A DNA stretch of 64,000 nt, from assembly GCA_965197475.1 (NCBI GenBank), contig CBDANF010000003.1, forward strand, positions 1,856,001 through 1,920,000, written 5' to 3'. A program made the translations under genes and the position numbers. Positions 61,656 through 64,000 of this stretch are shown one piece after another. The DNA comes from Candidatus Poribacteria bacterium. GTDB lineage: Bacteria > Poribacteria > WGA-4E > WGA-3G. Below the pieces are notes generated by a model. It ran no database searches and had not been told where the DNA came from. It saw only the letters and a list, made by a program, of their open reading frames with translations. Numbering within the stretch: position 1 is the stretch's first letter; each line of letters starts with the position of its first letter.

Positions 61656-63998
61656 TTACGCCTCATTTTTGAGTGGCCATCCACCGTGTTCAGCAATTGT
61701 ATTGTCAATATCTTCCATAACTTTTAAGGTTTTTTCAAGTGCGCCGCAGATATGCCGATAATGTTGAATTTCATCAAACGATAGAGTTCGCGAATTGCGG
61801 TCCTTGAGCCATTTTCTTGCAGGTTGGTGTCCACCTACGCGAAATTCCCATACATCCCGTGGGATCGGTGCGAAATACTGGGTTAGATTAATCCAAACGC
61901 GTTGGTCTACCTCTGTCCAACGAATTTCCTCAACATGTACGTTGCCTGTTACTGGAAAAGATGGTAAGTTTACATCTTCGCTTTGAAAGAGCTGCGACTC
62001 CACTAATTGTTCTCCTAACAAAACCAATTTTTGAAACAGCGAGCAATTAGTTGTCAACGGTATATGTGGGAAGTCAATTTTAAGTTGATCAGCATATCGC
62101 TTTCGGTACCCTGGTGCATGCAAAATTGCATAGATATAGTGGAAGATATCCGCTGGTCCAATTGTCGTGTTGCAGTCTCCCTTTCCATGATGAATGAAAC
62201 GCAGTTCAGCAGCATGTTCAATTTCATAATTGAGATGTCGGCATACTTCTTCCCAATATTGTTGTGAAAGGTTATGGAGCCTATGCCCACCTTGTTCTCC
62301 ATAACTGTAGAGCGGAAAAACAACAATTCCTCCGCGTCGGAAGAGATTCAAATTGGCAATTCTTTTGGAGACAGAAACGAGATTCCATATAGCATCCCCT
62401 ACTGCTTGTCCGGCTCTGCCCACACACATTGCAACATTCTCACCCGCGAGAAGATGACGCATCACTTTTACAGTTCTCCTTGCCACCAAAGCATCATGGT
62501 AAAAAATGAATCGTTCATCGTAAGGTCGATATAAGAATGGTTGAATATGTTTATTAAGGTCTTGTTCCGAGCGAAGTGTTTCGCGTGCCTTATCAATATT
62601 CCACTCTTTGTTCATGCGGATAGGTAGTTGCCTACAGAGTTCCTTGTTGGATTCTGTTGAATTGCGAAAGTGGTTTACCCGTTTAAGTATCGGTTCAGGT
62701 TCAAAATCTATTACCATTTTGTCTCGCTTTGTGATAGTACCGCCATTGTTTAAGGGAAAAATGTCAGTAAGTTTCCAGTAGCGTTCGTATTCTTCACTTA
62801 CGCTTTCACTGTGTGGAACAAAAAGATGATTAGGAGATATTGCAGTCAATTCCTTCCACGGGGTTGTGTCAATAATGTTTGCCTCAAGCCAGTTGTATTT
62901 GTCCTCGCGGTTTCCCCACAACTCTGTATGGTAAATACGCGCTGGAGATAGTTTTCCTGAGACATTTTTGACAAAGATACCAATAGACACCCCTTGTTGA
63001 ATTTTAAAAACGTTTTCATCCGAACCTCCATCAGGTGGCTTTTCATTCGTTCGCTTATTTCCGTGCAGGTCAAGGATGTAGATCTTATCAAAGGTTTCCA
63101 TGAGACTTTGTCGCATGCCACGAAACGTAACGTTATTGAGGTAACCGTGATTAGAAATAAAGGCAAGGACTCCGTACCCCGTGCGCGCAATACGCCATTG
63201 AGCAAACCGAATAAACTTGACATAATCATCGTTTAGCCATTTTGAATTGCGTTCATCAAGATCGCGCCCATCAACCTTAAAATAGTCTTCTGTTGTGATG
63301 TCTCCGTCAAGTCCCCGTAATAATCCCATAATCCATTCACCGTTGTTGTCCGACTCCCCGAAATACGGCGGATTTTTGACGATTACCATCACTGGCAGAT
63401 CTCGTTTAACAGTAGCAGCGGATTCGGCTTCTTTGGCAATTTCATCTAAAAAGGTAAACAATCCTTCTTGAGGATCTCTTGCCTCAAGCGTATCCGTGAG
63501 ATAAACATTGAGACGTTCTCCATCTTTCAAATTGTATCCAAGTTGCATAAGTTGATGTGTAAGGGTTAGGTGGCACATCGTGTAAGGTGCGACCATGCGT
63601 TCAAACCCGTGGAGCCGTTGTAAGAGATGCTTTGATACATATTCCTGCCACGCGCCTGCCATCCCACTGGTGATAATGGTGTGATGTATCTGTGCAATCA
63701 CTGATCGGAGAAACGTACCAGTACCAGCGGCCGGATCAAGAATTTGAACCTTCGGCAACTGTGTTCCGTTCACATCAACTTTGCCTGTATGTGCAAGCCC
63801 ATCAGACAAATTGAACTGATCAGTCAATACTTTATCAACGCTTCGAACAATATACGAGACAACTGGTTCGGGGGTATAATAAACACCGCGTTTTCTACGA
63901 ATCTCGGGGTCGTAGTCGCTGAGGAAGTCTTCATAAAAGTGAATAATTGGACCTGCTTGCCTACCTTCTGTTCCAAAATCGGCAATGATACTTTCCAT
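61656..63998 (-). CDS. Type ISP/IIG-like N6-adenine methyltransferase with C-terminal specificity domain (5' end outside the window)
   Basis: GVYYTP, LDPAAGTGTF, NPPY, YRPYDER, KIDFPHIP, VWEFRVGG. Confidence 0.88.
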   Translation of the reverse strand: MESIIADFGTEGRQAGPIIHFYEDFLSDYDPEIRRKRGVYYTPEPVVSYIVRSVDKVLTDQFNLSDGLAHTGKVDVNGTQLPKVQILDPAAGTGTFLRSVIAQIHHTIITSGMAGAWQEYVSKHLLQRLHGFERMVAPYTMCHLTLTHQLMQLGYNLKDGERLNVYLTDTLEARDPQEGLFTFLDEIAKEAESAATVKRDLPVMVIVKNPPYFGESDNNGEWIMGLLRGLDGDITTEDYFKVDGRDLDERNSKWLNDDYVKFIRFAQWRIARTGYGVLAFISNHGYLNNVTFRGMRQSLMETFDKIYILDLHGNKRTNEKPPDGGSDENVFKIQQGVSIGIFVKNVSGKLSPARIYHTELWGNREDKYNWLEANIIDTTPWKELTAISPNHLFVPHSESVSEEYERYWKLTDIFPLNNGGTITKRDKMVIDFEPEPILKRVNHFRNSTESNKELCRQLPIRMNKEWNIDKARETLRSEQDLNKHIQPFLYRPYDERFIFYHDALVARRTVKVMRHLLAGENVAMCVGRAGQAVGDAIWNLVSVSKRIANLNLFRRGGIVVFPLYSYGEQGGHRLHNLSQQYWEEVCRHLNYEIEHAAELRFIHHGKGDCNTTIGPADIFHYIYAILHAPGYRKRYADQLKIDFPHIPLTTNCSLFQKLVLLGEQLVESQLFQSEDVNLPSFPVTGNVHVEEIRWTEVDQRVWINLTQYFAPIPRDVWEFRVGGHQPARKWLKDRNSRTLSFDEIQHYRHICGALEKTLKVMEDIDNTIAEHGGWPLKNEA

Positions 63999-64000
63999 AT

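Overview
Bacterial genomic window, ~42% GC by eye. Gene content (LamG protein with a C-terminal TIWGRLK tail, PhyH, sulfatase, TPR-LamG and LRR-WD40 proteins, an ECF sigma factor fused to extracellular domains) suggests Ca. Poribacteria or a similar sponge/marine lineage (inference). 1-19 kb is rich in mobile and defence elements: two inverted IS3 copies that have inverted an 8.8 kb block and split a terminase-like gene, IS200/IS605 tnpA, tandem IS1595, a decayed IS630, MazEF, a methylase-HNH fusion and a DUF4238-like gene. The rest holds metabolic and secreted proteins, uvrB, PBP1A, waaF, a PPi-type pfk and a type ISP-like methylase. Two signals stand out. (1) Four genes that the ORF track splits are in-frame TGA selenoprotein candidates with UxxC motifs and SECIS-like hairpins: two tandem HMA lipoproteins, a peroxiredoxin-like lipoprotein and an orphan PrdB/GrdB-like protein. 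(2) A 559-bp ORF-less IS608-type element carries its own promoter and a ~450-nt highly structured RNA. No CRISPR, rRNA or tRNA was seen.
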